This document shows, piece by piece, positions 22,861 to 34,854 of a DNA stretch of 64,000 nucleotides. The DNA is taken from positions 1 through 64,000 of the forward strand of contig QPMI01000111.1 in NCBI GenBank assembly GCA_004431415.1, read 5' to 3'. The position numbers and the translations under genes are program-made. This stretch comes from Cyanophora paradoxa CCMP329 (taxonomy: Eukaryota > Plantae > Glaucophyta). The notes beneath the pieces were generated by a model. That model was given only the letters and a program-made list of their open reading frames with translations. It did no database searches and had not been told where the DNA came from. Position 1 is the first letter of the stretch. The number at the start of each line of letters is the position of its first letter.

Positions 22861-24895
22861 ATGGGAGACCGCGCGCCCGTCCAGCAGTCCGACGGGGCGG
22901 AATACTACGAAGAGATCCTTAGGCCCGCAGAGTCACCGGACGAAGACGACGCCCTCAGCAGCGATCTATCAGATGTGCGCGTCCCTCCCAAGGCTACTGC
23001 TGGCCTCTTGCGCTGACCCCGCACGCGCCACAGGACGAGGACGAGATTCCGTGCGCTGAAGCGCTCTCCCTTATACGCGCCCTCCTTAAGACGCCTTGCT
23101 CTCCGTGTACGCCGACAGGGTCGAGGGCACGGGTGCGCGGTCTGGCCCGGCTTGCGCTCTGCCGTAGCTAAGCCGGAGCGTACAGATACACAACCGGGCC
23201 CCGGCACGTCTCACGACGTCTGGGTGCGGTGCCCGGCCTGCGCGCCGCGATGATTGCGGCGCGAGGCGGACGGCAGGCGTACCTGAAGACGTGCAAGGAA
23301 CTGGACATCGTGCCGGTGTCGCGGGTGGTGGAGCGCAGCGACGGCGAGACCCTCTTCCTCGCCCACTACGGTGCCCCCGCCCCGCCGCCCCGCCGCCCCG
23401 CCACCCGCCGGCCCCGAGGCGGCGCGCAGGGCTCGGGGCCAAGGGCGCCCAGGCCCTCGCCGAGTGCCTGAAGGTGCGCCGGCGCGGGGCCCTCCGCGGC
23501 GGCGCTGAGCGGCGCGCAGCAAAACAAGAGCATCCAGACGATCAACCTGGGGGAGTGCGCGGGGCGGGGCGGGAGGGGGCGGGCGGGGCGGGGCGGCTGA
23601 GGCGGGGGCAGCAACGACCTGTGCGAGAACGGGAGCGTGGAGATCGCGGAGGCGCTTAAGGAGAACAAGAGCATCCTCGCCATCGACCTCGCCGACAACA
23701 AGATCTCGTCCGCCCGCCCCGAGCCCCCCCGCCCCGCGTCGCGGCGGCGCGGCGCGAGCGGGGCGGGCGGGGCGGGGCAGGGGCAAGGGCGGGGCGGCCA
23801 TCGCGGAGGTGATCAGCAGCCCGCACAGCCGGGTGATGGAGCTGAGCCTGAAGGGGAACCGCCTGGGGGAGCGGGAGGCGCCGCGTCTCTTCGAGGCGAT
23901 GGCGGGCAACCAGCGCCTCACCGCCGTCGACCTCTCCTCCAACCGCTTCGGCGAGCGTGCCGGTGCCGCCCCGCCCCGCCCCGCCCGGCCCGGCCCGGCG
24001 CGGGGCCGAGGGATGCGCAGGAAAGGCGATCGGGGAGGCGCTGGCGAAGAACACGAGCCTCATCGACGTCGACCTCTCCTGGAACAACGTGCCCCGGCCC
24101 CGGCCCGCCCGGCGGCGCGGCGCGGCGGCCGAGGCGGGGCGGGGCGCGGCGGGGGGCAGATCCGGCGGGGCGGGGCGGTGGAGCTGTGCAACGGGGTGCA
24201 GCAGAACATCTCGGTGAAGCGGCTCGGGCTCGCCTGGAACTCCCTCGGGGACGACGGCGGGGCGGCCCTCGGCGAGGCCCTCGCCCAGAACCAGTGCCTC
24301 CGCGTCCTGTCCGCCCCCGCCCCGCCCCGCCCCGCCCCGCTCGCCCGCACGCGCGAGGCCGGCGCAGGGACGTCTCGTACAACCGGATCGGGCAGGAGAG
24401 CGCCAAGGCGATCGCGGAGGGGATCCGCAAGGCGCGCGGGGCGGGGCGGGGGCGGGGCGGGCTCGGGGGGCGGGGGGCCTGAGGGGCCGGGGCCAGAACT
24501 GCGGGGCGCTGCTGGACCTGAACCTGGCGGGGAACCCCGTGGAGGACGCCGGCGCCCGCACCATCCTCGAGGCGCCCCCGCCCCGCCCTCCCCGCCCCGC
24601 CCCCCTCACCCCCCGCCCCAGGCCCTCCGCGAGAACAAGTTCATCACCGTGCGAGGCCCCGCGCCGGGCGGCGGCGTGCGGCTGAGGCGGGGCGGGGCAG
24701 AGCGTGAACATGGTGGACACGCGGGCGACGGCGGAGACGCTGAGGGAGCTCGAGGAGCTGCTCTCCCCCCGCCAGGCGGCGTTCTTCGCGCAGCGCCTCG
24801 CGCAGGCCCAGGCGCAGTCCCAGCAGGCCTCCGCCGCCGCCGACGAGATGCGCTCCAAGACCTTCGTCACCCAGCAGGACGCGCCCCCGCAGTAG
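22861..24895 (+). CDS. RNI-like leucine-rich repeat protein, LRRC74-like
   Basis: AYLKTCKELDIVPVS...LAHY|GLGAKGAQALAECL followed by about nine 28-aa LRRs (IDLADNKI, LSLKGNRL, VDLSSNRF, VDLSWNN, LGLAWNSL, DVSYNRI). Confidence 0.8.
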
Positions 24896-24975
24896 CCCCG
24901 GCCCCAGCCCCCCGCCGCCTGCACCTTGTACAATACACCTCTTCGTTATCATGGCATTTGGGTCGGTGTGTGGGG

Positions 24976-25979
24976 CTAGAGGGCGACGGCGGGGAGGGTG
25001 CGCTCCTCGACGGAGAGGCGCGGGGCGGACCAGCGCGGGAGGGCGCCCGCCGCCTCGCTGGCCCGCCGCGCCACCCGCTCCAGCAGCTCCCGCGCCGCCG
25101 GCTCCTCCTCCCGCAGCGGCGCGAGCTCCGCGGGGGCGCTGAACTGGCACACCTGCGCCCTGGCCCGCCAGACCCCGCCCCGTGAGGCGGGTCCGCGGCA
25201 GCTCGCGCAGGGGCGGGGGGGGGGGGGGGGGGGGGGCGTTCAAAACCTGCGGGCGGGGCCGGCGCCGTCCCCGCGCTCGAGCTCGGCGGAGAGGCTGTAG
25301 ACGTGCAGGGGCACGCCGGAGAGGCAGTTCGCCGGCCCCGCCAGGCCCTCCCCGCTGGCCGCCGGAACGTACACCCACGGGTACTCCAGGAGCAGGCCCG
25401 CGGCCGTCGCGAGGGGAGACCCTCCGGCGGCGGCACGCGCAATCGCGCGGCCTGCGCGCGCCGGCGGTCTCCCGCGCCGCGCGCACCGCGTCCGCGAAGG
25501 CGGCGAGGGCGGCGGCGAGCGCGGGGTCGGCCTCGGGGGGGAGGGCGCGGGGGCGCGGCAGATGCGGCCGGACGTCGACGAGGCGAGCGGAGGGAGGGCT
25601 GGAGAGGAGCTCGGAGAGGCGGCGGGCGGAGCAAAGGAAGAGCGCCTCCCCGTCGCCCAGCTCGAGCAGCTCCGTGCCCGCCGCCAGCGAGGGCAGCCGG
25701 CCCGCTTCGTGAGAGGCATCACAGGATGGAAAAAAGTCAGACAGCTGCGGCGGGGACTAGCGGGGGCGGGGACTAACGCGGCCGGCGAATACGGGCGGAC
25801 GAACCGATGGAGAGAAGCGCAGGGCGGTCCAGCAGAACGGCAGCGCGCAGGCCGCAAGCTACAGCCAGAACGTCGTCGATTGCCTCTTCTATTGTGCCGC
25901 CGCGCGCCCGCGCGCGCGGCTGCAGCGCCGACCGCAGTGCTGCGAGGTCCAGCTTACGCCCCTGCCGCTGCGTGAGCAC
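24976..25979 (-). CDS. UPF0739 / C1orf74-like (DUF4504) protein; start uncertain; apparent 1-nt frameshift near 25415
   Basis: DVLAVACGLRAAVLLD, AGLLLEYPWVY...NCLSGVPLHVY and C-terminal ERTLPAVAL* recall C1orf74. Confidence 0.75.
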
Positions 25980-26087
25980 GTCTGGATTAGCTCTTCTGGG
26001 TGAAAGCTCTCAGTTGCCGTGCCGCTAGCTAGCTGTTAGGTCGTCGTCCGAGGTTGGCTTCTGGGGGTAGTGACGATATTCGGTCCG

Positions 26088-27517
26088 ATGACGCCCGAGG
26101 CAGAGAAGCCCGCGCATGCGGCCGCTGCGGCGGAGGAGGATCCCGGCTTCGATTTCCCCGTCGGTGGCTTCGATCACCTCGACGACCGCGCTCGGGGTGC
26201 GGCGCGGTGCTGGGGTCACCGACCGTGCGCCGCCTCACGCTGCCCCGCGCCCCGCTGCAGATGTGCTCGACTTTCCCTGTCCGGATGGGGTGGTCGTGCG
26301 GCATCAGCGCGCCATCACGTCGCGCGTGTCGCGCCTCGCCAATGTCGGGATCACCGGCATCAAGAGTCTGCCCTCTCTGCAGATCGGCGCAGTTGTAACG
26401 AGCCAGCCGCCGCCGATGATGGAGGACGAACCCGAGGCGGCCGACGCGTCGGGCGCGAAGCAGTCCGCTGCCGACGCGGCCAAGGCCGCAGAGGTGAAGG
26501 CGAAGCGCGAGGCTGAGGCGAAGGCCGCTGCAGAGGCATTCGCCAAGCAAGTGCACCACGTGCTGATGACTCAGGCGCGAGCGCCCCCCGCTTAGCTAGC
26601 TCTGCCCCCGTGCTGGTTGGCCGGCTGGAGCGCCACCGCGCTGCTTGCTCCGCTGACGCCGGGGGACAGTTCGACGTAAACAATCGGGCACTGGAGGCAA
26701 ATCTGGAGGCGTATTTCCCGAACAGCATGAAGGCAAAGCTGGCGGCGCTCACCTCGCAGGCTTCCCATGCGAGCGCCGTGCGCCGCGCCGCGCCGCGCCG
26801 CCCCGCCCGCGATGCCGCTCAGGAGCGGGCCGGGCAGGCGAACGCTATGATCGGGTACGAGACGCCGTGGACGTGCGCGGAGCTGAAGGCGTCGAGCGAC
26901 GAGAACGTGGTCGGGGCGAGCATCCTCAAGGGCATCACCCGCAACCTCAGCGCCGGCGCCGAGCTCTTCTACACTTTCAAGCGTGGCGGCGGCGCCGGTG
27001 CAGCCCCCCGCCCGGCCCCGCGCGCGCGGCTCACGGCGGGGCAGCGTCGCTGGGGATGAGGCACGTGCGGCCGCTGCCCGGGGGCGGGGAGCGGAGCATC
27101 GTCGCCTACGCGAACATGTTCGGGCAGCTCACCGCCAGCTACTACTGCCACGCGCGCCCGCCCCGCCCCGCGCGCCCCCGCCTCCGCCGCGCCGCGCCGA
27201 GCGCCGGGGCAGGTAACGCCGACGCTGCGGGTGGCGACGCGGACCGAGTACAGCGTACTCCAGGACCAGCTCAGCTTCTCCGTGCGCCCGCCCCGCCCCG
27301 CCCCGCCCGCCCAGCGCGGGGTCCGACGCCGCGGCAGGCCGGCGTGGACTGCATAACGCCGATCGGGGTGCGGCTGAACACGCGCGTGGACTCGGCGCGG
27401 GGCGTCGCGGCCGCCGTCTCGCTGGGCGTGGCGCAGGTCGGCGTCGTCCTCTCCTGCTCGGCCCTCGCCCCCGAGAACCCCAGGCCCAGCGTCGGCATGC
27501 AGCTCTTTGTCTCCTAG
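26088..27517 (+). CDS. MDM10: Mdm10-like mitochondrial outer-membrane beta-barrel (Tom40/VDAC superfamily)
   Basis: DVLDFPCPDGVVVR, LSAGAELFYTFKRGGG|ASLGMRH, NMFGQLTASY, VATRTEYSV and a terminal beta signal VGMQLFVS resemble fungal Mdm10 motifs rather than Tom40 itself. Confidence 0.7.
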
Positions 27518-27920
27518 CCCGTCGCCCCCCGGCCGAGCCTCCAAGAGCCGAGCTACGGCCTCCCAGAGTCTGCCCCACCGCCCCCCGCACACAACACTCT
27601 TCGCGGTCTTTCACGGGGTATCTTGAAAGAACACTACCTGCATTCTACCTGGCGAATCCACTCAGGGCCTGTCCTAATGAGTATTGTACAGTAGGGGTCG
27701 CGTTCGAGTAGGAGGTGGGGGCAGCTCGCGATGCACGCCCGAAGGGAAGCGCGCTGCGACGGCCGCAAGAGCAGCCGCTGAGCGCGTCCGCCACGGCTCC
27801 CACGGAACCCCTTGATAGCTGAGCGCAAGTCTAAGGAGCCCACCGGGCGTAGCCCGGGCACGCGCTGGGTGCTGCCGTGACGCGGACTTCGGCCGGCCGG
27901 CCCCGCCCCACCTTCGCGCA

Positions 27921-28532
27921 TCAGCTCTTTTTGGGGTTGCTGCTGACGCTGTCGAAAGGGCTGCTGCCCAGGCTGCCCGTGCCTGCGCGATATGAAAGCT
28001 CAGGGAGTGCTAAAGCGGGGCGCGTGGCCGGCGGACCGCCGCAGTTTCTACACAGGTCTTGCCGCGTCCCTTTACACCGTGGACAGAGGCCGCGAGCGAT
28101 CGTGCCTTGGCCTCTGAACTTGATTGCATCCCGAAACGAGATCTGCAGACGCAACATGTGCGCGCGGGGCGCGAGCAGCTCGATAAGCGCGCGCTTCGGA
28201 GGGAGCGCTCGGGGAGGGGGGACCTCGTAGCCGCCGCCCTTGCAAGCCTGGCACTTGACCTTGCCCGTGCCCCAGCAGCAGCTGCACAAGTTCGGCTTCT
28301 CGGCGGCCTGCGCCAGCTCGTCCGGCGAGCCCGCCGAAGCTCGCGGAATGATCGGGTTGCGTACCAGCCTCGCCATGCAGGTGCGCCGATTGTGCCCGGT
28401 TTGCCCGCAGTAGCTGCACTTCGCCGATCGGAGTGATCGCTGTGAAGGCTCGGATGCGCTATCGCCGCTCGCCCGCAAGACGAGCGGCAGCGGCGGCGGG
28501 CCGAGGGCATTTAGGAGTAATAGATTGAGCAT
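27921..28532 (-). CDS. Small zinc-binding protein: CCHC knuckle plus DnaJ-type CxxCxGxG repeats without a J domain
   Basis: CSYCGQTGHNRRTC; CSCCWGTG, CQACKGGG, CPRCKGTR, CRNCG|GTG. Confidence 0.75.
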   Translation of the reverse strand: MLNLLLLNALGPPPLPLVLRASGDSASEPSQRSLRSAKCSYCGQTGHNRRTCMARLVRNPIIPRASAGSPDELAQAAEKPNLCSCCWGTGKVKCQACKGGGYEVPPPRALPPKRALIELLAPRAHMLRLQISFRDAIKFRGQGTIARGLCPRCKGTRQDLCRNCGGPPATRPALALPELSYRAGTGSLGSSPFDSVSSNPKKS

Positions 28533-28710
28533 GCTCGCCCGAATCCTGTGCGCATAGCCTCCAGGTCGGGGGCTCGCGGTCGGAGTTTGTGCCGCGAACG
28601 AAGTGAGCTCGAACTTGAACGGGTAGAGGCACTCGGAACGCGGCCTGGCACACGCAGCTTGAGAGCAGCCGACGGGCGTTTAAGACGAAGCGTTTACGCG
28701 GCTCGGCTCG

Positions 28711-29286
28711 ATGGCGCACGAGCCGGTGTCCCTGTACCAGAAGTCCACCATCGGCGTCTGCCTGACCGACGCGGTGGACGAGCTGGTGCAGACCGACACG
28801 ATCAGCCCCACGCTCGCCATGATCATCCTCAAGCAATTCGACAAGGTGCCCCGCAATGCGCCGCTCAGATCCTCAAGCGATCCACGGCGCGCGTCCCTCG
28901 CCTGAACACGTCGCGCAGTCGATCAATGAAGCGCTCGCGACGAAGGCGAAGGCCAAGTGCACGATCAAGGTGCCTGCCCGCGCTCGTATGCCACGCCTTG
29001 CGGGCACCCATGCGAGCGCCCTCTGCTGCGTCGTGTGCGGCGGGGTTTGCGCATTATGGTGCAGCAATCCGACGTTGATGCGCAGGACGCGAAGCTGCAC
29101 CTGTACCGCTTCTGCGACAACGTGTGGACCTTCATCATCGACAAGCCGAAGATCAAGCCCGAGGGCGGCGAGGAGCTGCAAGTCCCGGACAAGGTGAAGA
29201 TCGTCGCGATACGCGGAGCTGGAGAAGCGGAGAAGTCGAAGGGGAGTGGCAAGGGGGGCAAGGGGGCGTCCTCAGCGGATCATTGA
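28711..29286 (+). CDS. GTF2A2: Transcription initiation factor IIA gamma subunit (3 exons)
   Basis: LYQKSTIGVCLTDAVDEL...QFDK|SINEAL...|KLHLYRFCDNVWTF...KVKIVA. Confidence 0.95.
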
Positions 29287-29678
29287 GCGATTTCGTTTTT
29301 CGCTTGTTCAGCTTAGAGGCCCCAGGACAGCGTCAGGTAATGTGAATAGTGCAGCATAGTTGTCGCAAGCTCGTTCAGAACATGCTCGTCGTGTCAGCTT
29401 TGGTAAGGGGAGCCGGCAGCCGGCGCCAGCGAAAGAGTATCGGGTTTCGGGAGGGGCTCTTGGGCGACCTGGCCCCCCCCGCCCTCGCCCGCCGGGCGAG
29501 AAGACATCAGCGCGCGTATCTGCGGGCCGAGGCCGGTCGGGTGCTGTCTGGGCGAGGCGGAGAAGGCCAAAGGAGTGGCATGCTTTAGGGGGTGAGAGGC
29601 CTAGAAGCGTCCTCGGCGGCTCATTGTGTCATTCTAGGGGGCGGGCGCAGGGCGGGAGGGGGCTGGGGTGCGGGGGCG

Positions 29679-31076
29679 CTAGCGGGGCGGGGGGCGGACG
29701 CGGGAGTGGGGCCAGCGGGCGATGCCGCAGGCGGAGGAGGGGTCGGAGAAGCTGCGGAAGTAGAGGTGCGGGGCCGCCAGGTGCCGCGAGCGGAGGTTCC
29801 ACGCCGAGATGAAGGCCGGGCCGGCCTCGCGCTGCCCCAGGAACGCGGCGACGGCGCGCAGCCGCTCGCTCCGCTCCGCCACGAACGGCAGATCCGGGAC
29901 GCCCGACGTGTGCACCTGCAGGCCCCTCGACGGCTCAGCCGCGTGCGAGGGGGCGGGGGCGGCGGGCGGCGCGCCTGCTCGATGGCGATGCCGGCGGCGG
30001 CGGCGCGAGCTGCGGCGTCGGCGGCGGCGTCGGCGGTGGAGCGGCCGCCGAGCCAGTCGCGGCGGCCGCAGGTGAAGAAGGGGTCTAACAGGGCGACGCG
30101 GGCGGGGAGGGGCGTGCGGGGCGGCAGGGTCCCGGCGGCGCGGGCGGCGAGGAGCAGGTCCGCGAGGCGGAGCGCCATCTGCGCCCCCAGCGAGTGGCCA
30201 ACCACCCGCACCTCCTGCACCCGCTCCTGCCCCTCCGCCCCTTCCCCAGCAGCCCCTGCGAAGGCCTGCCGGCGCCGCGGCGTCAGGCGGCGACGGGCAG
30301 CTGCAGGGCCGGGGCGGGGCGCGCCTGGACGTAGGCGCGGAAGAAGAGGTCAGCGGCGGAGGCGCCGGCGGGCACGCCCGGCCCGGGCTCTTCGAAGCGC
30401 GTGTACAGGTTCGCCCGCCCCAGCGGGTCGAAAAGGTGCCGCAGCACGAAGAGGAAGGAGCCGACAGGGCCCAGGGAGGGCGCCTCGTCCCGCGGCCCGC
30501 TCTCCCCTTCAACAGCGCGCAGCCTCAGCCTCCTCCGCCACCGCATGCCCTGCGGTCCTCTGGCGGTCCAAATCTTGGCCTCGCAGTCGGTCAGCTTGTC
30601 TTCGTCGGCAAACTGATTCCAATAGAAGATCCCTTGTTTCTCGCGGTTAGAATCGGTGGCGGCGGTGTTAGCGCTGGTCCGACAAACCTACATTCCAGCC
30701 CTCCTCGATCCAGGCATCACAGGTCTTGCCGGGTAAACCGAAGGGCGGATCCATCTCCTCCCAGCAAAATGACTCGCGCACTCCCTGCTCACCTTGAGCT
30801 CAGCGGACGAAACAAGGGTTGGGACGCACCCGACCAGTCGTTGTGCGCTCATACCTGGATTTATCAAGCACGACTTAGCTGCGTATATAGCTAAGCGCGA
30901 TCGATACGGGAGTCGAGGACGCGCCCGTGAACGTAGAGCACGCAAGGAGCCCCTGGCTTGGGAGAGGCATCCGTTCCGAGCGGAACGTTGCCGCTCCCAA
31001 ACCAGCGGATGCCGAACGCGAGCCTGTACGGAAATCCGGTCTGCGTGTCTTCCTCCGGGTCCGCCGGCGGCGGCAC
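29679..31076 (-). CDS. Alpha/beta-hydrolase fold protein; start uncertain
   Basis: GIRWFG, CVLYVHG, GWNV|GIFYWNQFADEDKLTDCEAKIW, nucleophile motif VVGHSLGAQ, RVALLDPFF, C-terminal His (RSRHL). Confidence 0.7.
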
Positions 31077-31492
31077 ACTTGATGAGGTCGCACCCGTGTC
31101 TGCGAATGCTAGCTATCGCGCACAGCGCAGATCCTTAGCTCTAACTTAGCTCGTCTAAGCTCGAGGGGGCCGGGGTACGGGCGCCGTCCGGACTGGGGCG
31201 CCGGGGCTGGCGCCGGCCGGCGCCGCGCGCGGGCCAAGGCGCGGCGGGCTCCGGCCTGGCGGATCCGACCCATGATCGAATTCGGGCTTCAGATCTGATC
31301 TAGATCTAGCTATAGATCTGTCCCTGTATCTGGGCCCGATTGATTTTGGGGCCGCGCGCGCGCGCCGTGCCGCGCCGGCCGTGACAGCCCCGGACCCCGC
31401 TATAGCTACGCGTAAACGTGTGTACGTACGCTTGCCACTGGGCCACAAAAGCTCATGATCAACACGGGATGTACAGAAAGTTCCGCTCGCGC

Positions 31493-32587
31493 TCACAAGC
31501 CGACCCTACATTGGCTGAGAATCCATCTGATCTCCTCGGGCTGGGGCATCCTAAGATAGCGCCCGGTGTAGTCGAAGAGCTTCCCCGTCTCGAGCTGCGA
31601 GAGAGGCGTTGAGCGGAGAAGGGGGGGAAGATGAGACGGCGAAATCACCTCGAAGTAACCCTCGCCTGCTCATGCGGGACAAATGAAACGTAAGGCAACG
31701 CGGGGGGAGGGGGAGGGGGGAGTGGAGGGGTGGGAGGGGGGGGGGGGGGGGGGCGGCAGGGGTTACCGCACCGGTATCGTAAGTGCCAGGCGGAATCTGG
31801 GGCGGGGTGTCCGCGTTCGAAAGCTGCGACTGGCCTGCGCTCGGTCGCGGGCGGCTTCAGCAGCCGGTGGGGGCCCAGCGAGGAGCAGGGCGGGCCTGCG
31901 GGTTTGATGCCGTTGCAGAGCTCGGAGAAGAAGCGGCGGTCCTCGGGGGTGAGGTAGCCCCAGTCCGCCTCCTGGTACTGCAGCCCGTCGCTGAACGTGT
32001 ACTGACCCTGAACGCGGCCCCACGTCAAGCCCGCTCGCAGCAGCGCCCGCGGCGGGCCGCAGCGAAGGGTCGGCTCAGGTTCAGGGCCGTCGCCGTGCAG
32101 CAGCCACCCCCACTGCCCGTAGCCACGCGTGCCCCCGCCTGCCCCCCGACTGGCTATCGTCCCCGCACAGCGGCGCACCTCAACAGCGATGCCGTGGTTC
32201 CACACTGCGCTATACTTGCCGAGCCCAGGGAACGACAGCACGCCCTTGCCGTGAAACATGCCGTCCTTGAACTACGCGAGGGTCCTGTTAGGGCGCGCGG
32301 GGAAGCACGCTCCACTAGCCGGTTCACCTCGCCGGTGTATACAATTCCTGCGCGCCGGGGGTCAGGCGGCGCGTCGGCAGCTAGAATAGAGGTCGGCGCG
32401 GACCCGAGGGGAACGTGTAAGTGCCCTGCGCGCAATCAGGGATGTTAGCTGTGGCTCAAGTGACAGGTGAGCGAGCAAGGCACGCTAAGCTTGATGTCCC
32501 CACTGGCAGCAATGTCGTGTTGCGCACCTGTCCCTCGATGCGCCCGTTCACGGTCTGTCCCTCGTAGGACGAGCCGCTGTATTCCAT
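31493..32587 (-). CDS. MORN5: MORN repeat-containing protein 5 (ciliary)
   Basis: MEYSGSSYEGQTVNGRIEG...FKDGMFHGKGVL...YTFSDGLQY...DRRFFSELCNGIKPAG...WILSQCRVG follows the MORN5 pattern along its whole length. Confidence 0.88.
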
Positions 32588-32869
32588 CGCTGCTGCTGAG
32601 CCGGCTCGGGCCGGTTACTCTCGCGCCTGCGTAGTTGTACTGGCGCGCTAGCTGTTACTAGTGTGCTCCTTTGCGTACTGTCTCACGGCGTTGCTTTGCT
32701 CGATGCTTTGCTCGCTGCCGGAGTCGCTGGTTAGCTGGATGTAAAAAAAGAAGAGAGAGAGGGATACGCGATTCAAACCGCGCTTGCTTCTTCTTGGCCG
32801 GCGTTGAGTTGTGTGATACTTGCCCGGTCAGCTCGGCCTCCGTCTGGCTTCTGCCGTCCACCAACCCGC

Positions 32870-34221
32870 ATGGGTCGCGGCCGGAAGCAGGGAAGCCACG
32901 CGCGGGACTCGAGGTTCTCGCGGAGGGATCGCGACGCAGAAGATGAGAGCGCTCCGGTCGCGTCCTCCAGCCACCCGATACGCCTGGCCATGTGGGACTT
33001 CGATCAGGTGCAGGCGCCCTTCGCTGCTGGCGCCCCGCCGCTGACTGCCGCGCAGTGCGATCCCGCAAAGTGTAGCGGGCGCAAGTTGGAGCGCATGGGT
33101 TACGTGGAGAGCTTAACGATGCATCAGAGTTTCCGCGGCGTGATTCTCAGGCGAGCATGCCTCCTCGACGCTGCGGCGCCCGCTGCTGGGAATGGGGCAT
33201 ATCTAATGTACGCGCAGCCCGCAGGGAGAGCGGACCGTGTCGCCCGAGGACCGCGAGATCATCGCGGAGTGCGGCGTGGCTGTCGTGGACTGCTCGTGCG
33301 CTGCTCCCCGCGCGGTACCGCCAGGTCTTTTGGCCTGCTATGAGCCGCGCGCGCTTCAGGTGGGCTCTCATCGCGGAGACTCCAATCGGGCGCGTGCGCG
33401 GCAAGCACCACCGGCTGCGTGCGCGTGCCGGGGGCGGGCGGAGCGCCGCGCGGGGGCCGACGCGGGCTGGGCAGTGCCGTACCTGGTGGCGGCGAACCCG
33501 ATCAACTACGGGCACCCGCTGAAGCTGTCGTGCGCGGAGGCGATCGCGGCGACGCTCATCATCGGCGGCTTCCGCGACTTCGCGATGGAGGTCCTGGGCA
33601 AGTTCAAGTGGGGCCACGTCTTCTACGATATGAACGCGTGCGCGCGGGCCCCCTTCCCCCTGGCGGCGCGGGGGAGCGAGGCGGGGCAGGGACCTGCTGG
33701 AGGCGTACGCGGCGTGCCGCACGGGGGCGGAGGTGATCGAGGTGCAGCGCGCGCACCTCGCCGAGCTCGACGCCTCCCGCCGCTCCGCCCGGCCCCCCCG
33801 CGACGTCCCCATGCCCTCCGGTCCGCCCCCCCGCCGCCCCCTTCCGCCCCGCCTCGAGCGCCCCGCAGACGAGAGCGACGAGGGGGAGGGCGAGGAGGAG
33901 GCGAGCGATGAAGAGGAGGAGAGCTCGGAGGACGGACGGCCACCGCTGGAGCGGAACCCGAACAAGCCGCCTGCTGCCTCGGGAGTTCCCGCGGCCGCGG
34001 GGGGCGCCAAGCACGGGGATTATCGGCAGCCGACGATCGACTTCTCCACCGACGAGGACGAGGGGGATGACGGGGAGGCGGAGGCGGAGGCGGAGGAGGA
34101 GGAGGAGGGAGAGAGCAGGGGCGAAGGCGCGGAGCTGGGCGCTCGGCAGCAGGAGCGGAGTGGAGGGCAAGCGCAGAGCGCCTCGAGCTCCGCGCACGCG
34201 TCGGGGTCCAGCGCCAGGTAG
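32870..34221 (+). CDS. TSR3: 18S rRNA aminocarboxypropyltransferase Tsr3
   Basis: LAMWDFDQ|CDPAKCSGRKL, VVDCS|W, PYLVAANPINYGHPLKLSCAEA, FKWGHVF and an acidic tail. Confidence 0.95.
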
Positions 34222-34510
34222 CGCTAGCTACATCCAGGCCTCCAGCATGCGTACGGGCCCCAGTCGATGTCTGATGCGCCCCGTCTGCAATCTCTCTCTT
34301 ACCTCCGTCTCATTTGCACGTGGAATCCCGCGGCCGCGCGGGGCTGCCGGAGCTGGATCTATGCGCGGATTTATAGCTATCTAGCCAGTGTCGATCGTCG
34401 ACGTCACGCGCGCGCGGGTCTGGGCGCGCCCGTATGCATACTATGATTTGCAGCTGAACGTTAACGCGCTGGCCATGGACCGCGGGCGGGACCGGTGCGG
34501 TGAACGAGCG
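34221..34510 (+). repeat. Dispersed repeat, copy 1 (second copy at 63587-63800)
   Basis: Shared GCGCTAGCTACAT...CCAGCATGCG...CCCGCGGCCGCGCGGGGCYGCCGGAGCTGGATCTATGCGC...CTATCTAGCCAGTGTCG...GTGAACGAG. Confidence 0.85.
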
Positions 34511-34854
34511 CGCGCGGTCCGGTACCGGTTAGGCGCGGGCTAAAGCTTGGGCCGAGCGGCTAGAACCTGGCCGCGGCGCGGCCAGCTGGCTGGCCGCCGC
34601 CGGCCCTCATGCGAATACGCGCGCCCACTATGGGCCAGGCAGCTCATCATAGCGAGTTTTTTTAGGGGGGATGAAATCGGGGTCGTCGTCTGTGGTAGTA
34701 ATATGCCCCGGTATGGGCATCGAAATCGATGCCTTCTCATAACAGCCGAAATTAATATTCGACCTGCTCGTTGACAGCGCTCCAGACCTCAGCACACAGC
34801 TTCGATCAGCAGGCAGGGCGCCGAAGCGTGCGCACGCACAGCAGCAGGACTTTC

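Noticed and set aside
25213-25236. Long G homopolymers (also 31736-31753) and the A run at 50062-50079
   Set aside because: They are intronic or MITE-internal low-complexity runs with no supported function.
27630-27720. TACCTG-containing stretch as a U1 snRNA gene (also TACCTG repeats at 21530-21700)
   Set aside because: No U1 loop I or Sm site follows. At least two of the 21.6-kb copies are CAG|GTA acceptor junctions of the minus-strand gene.
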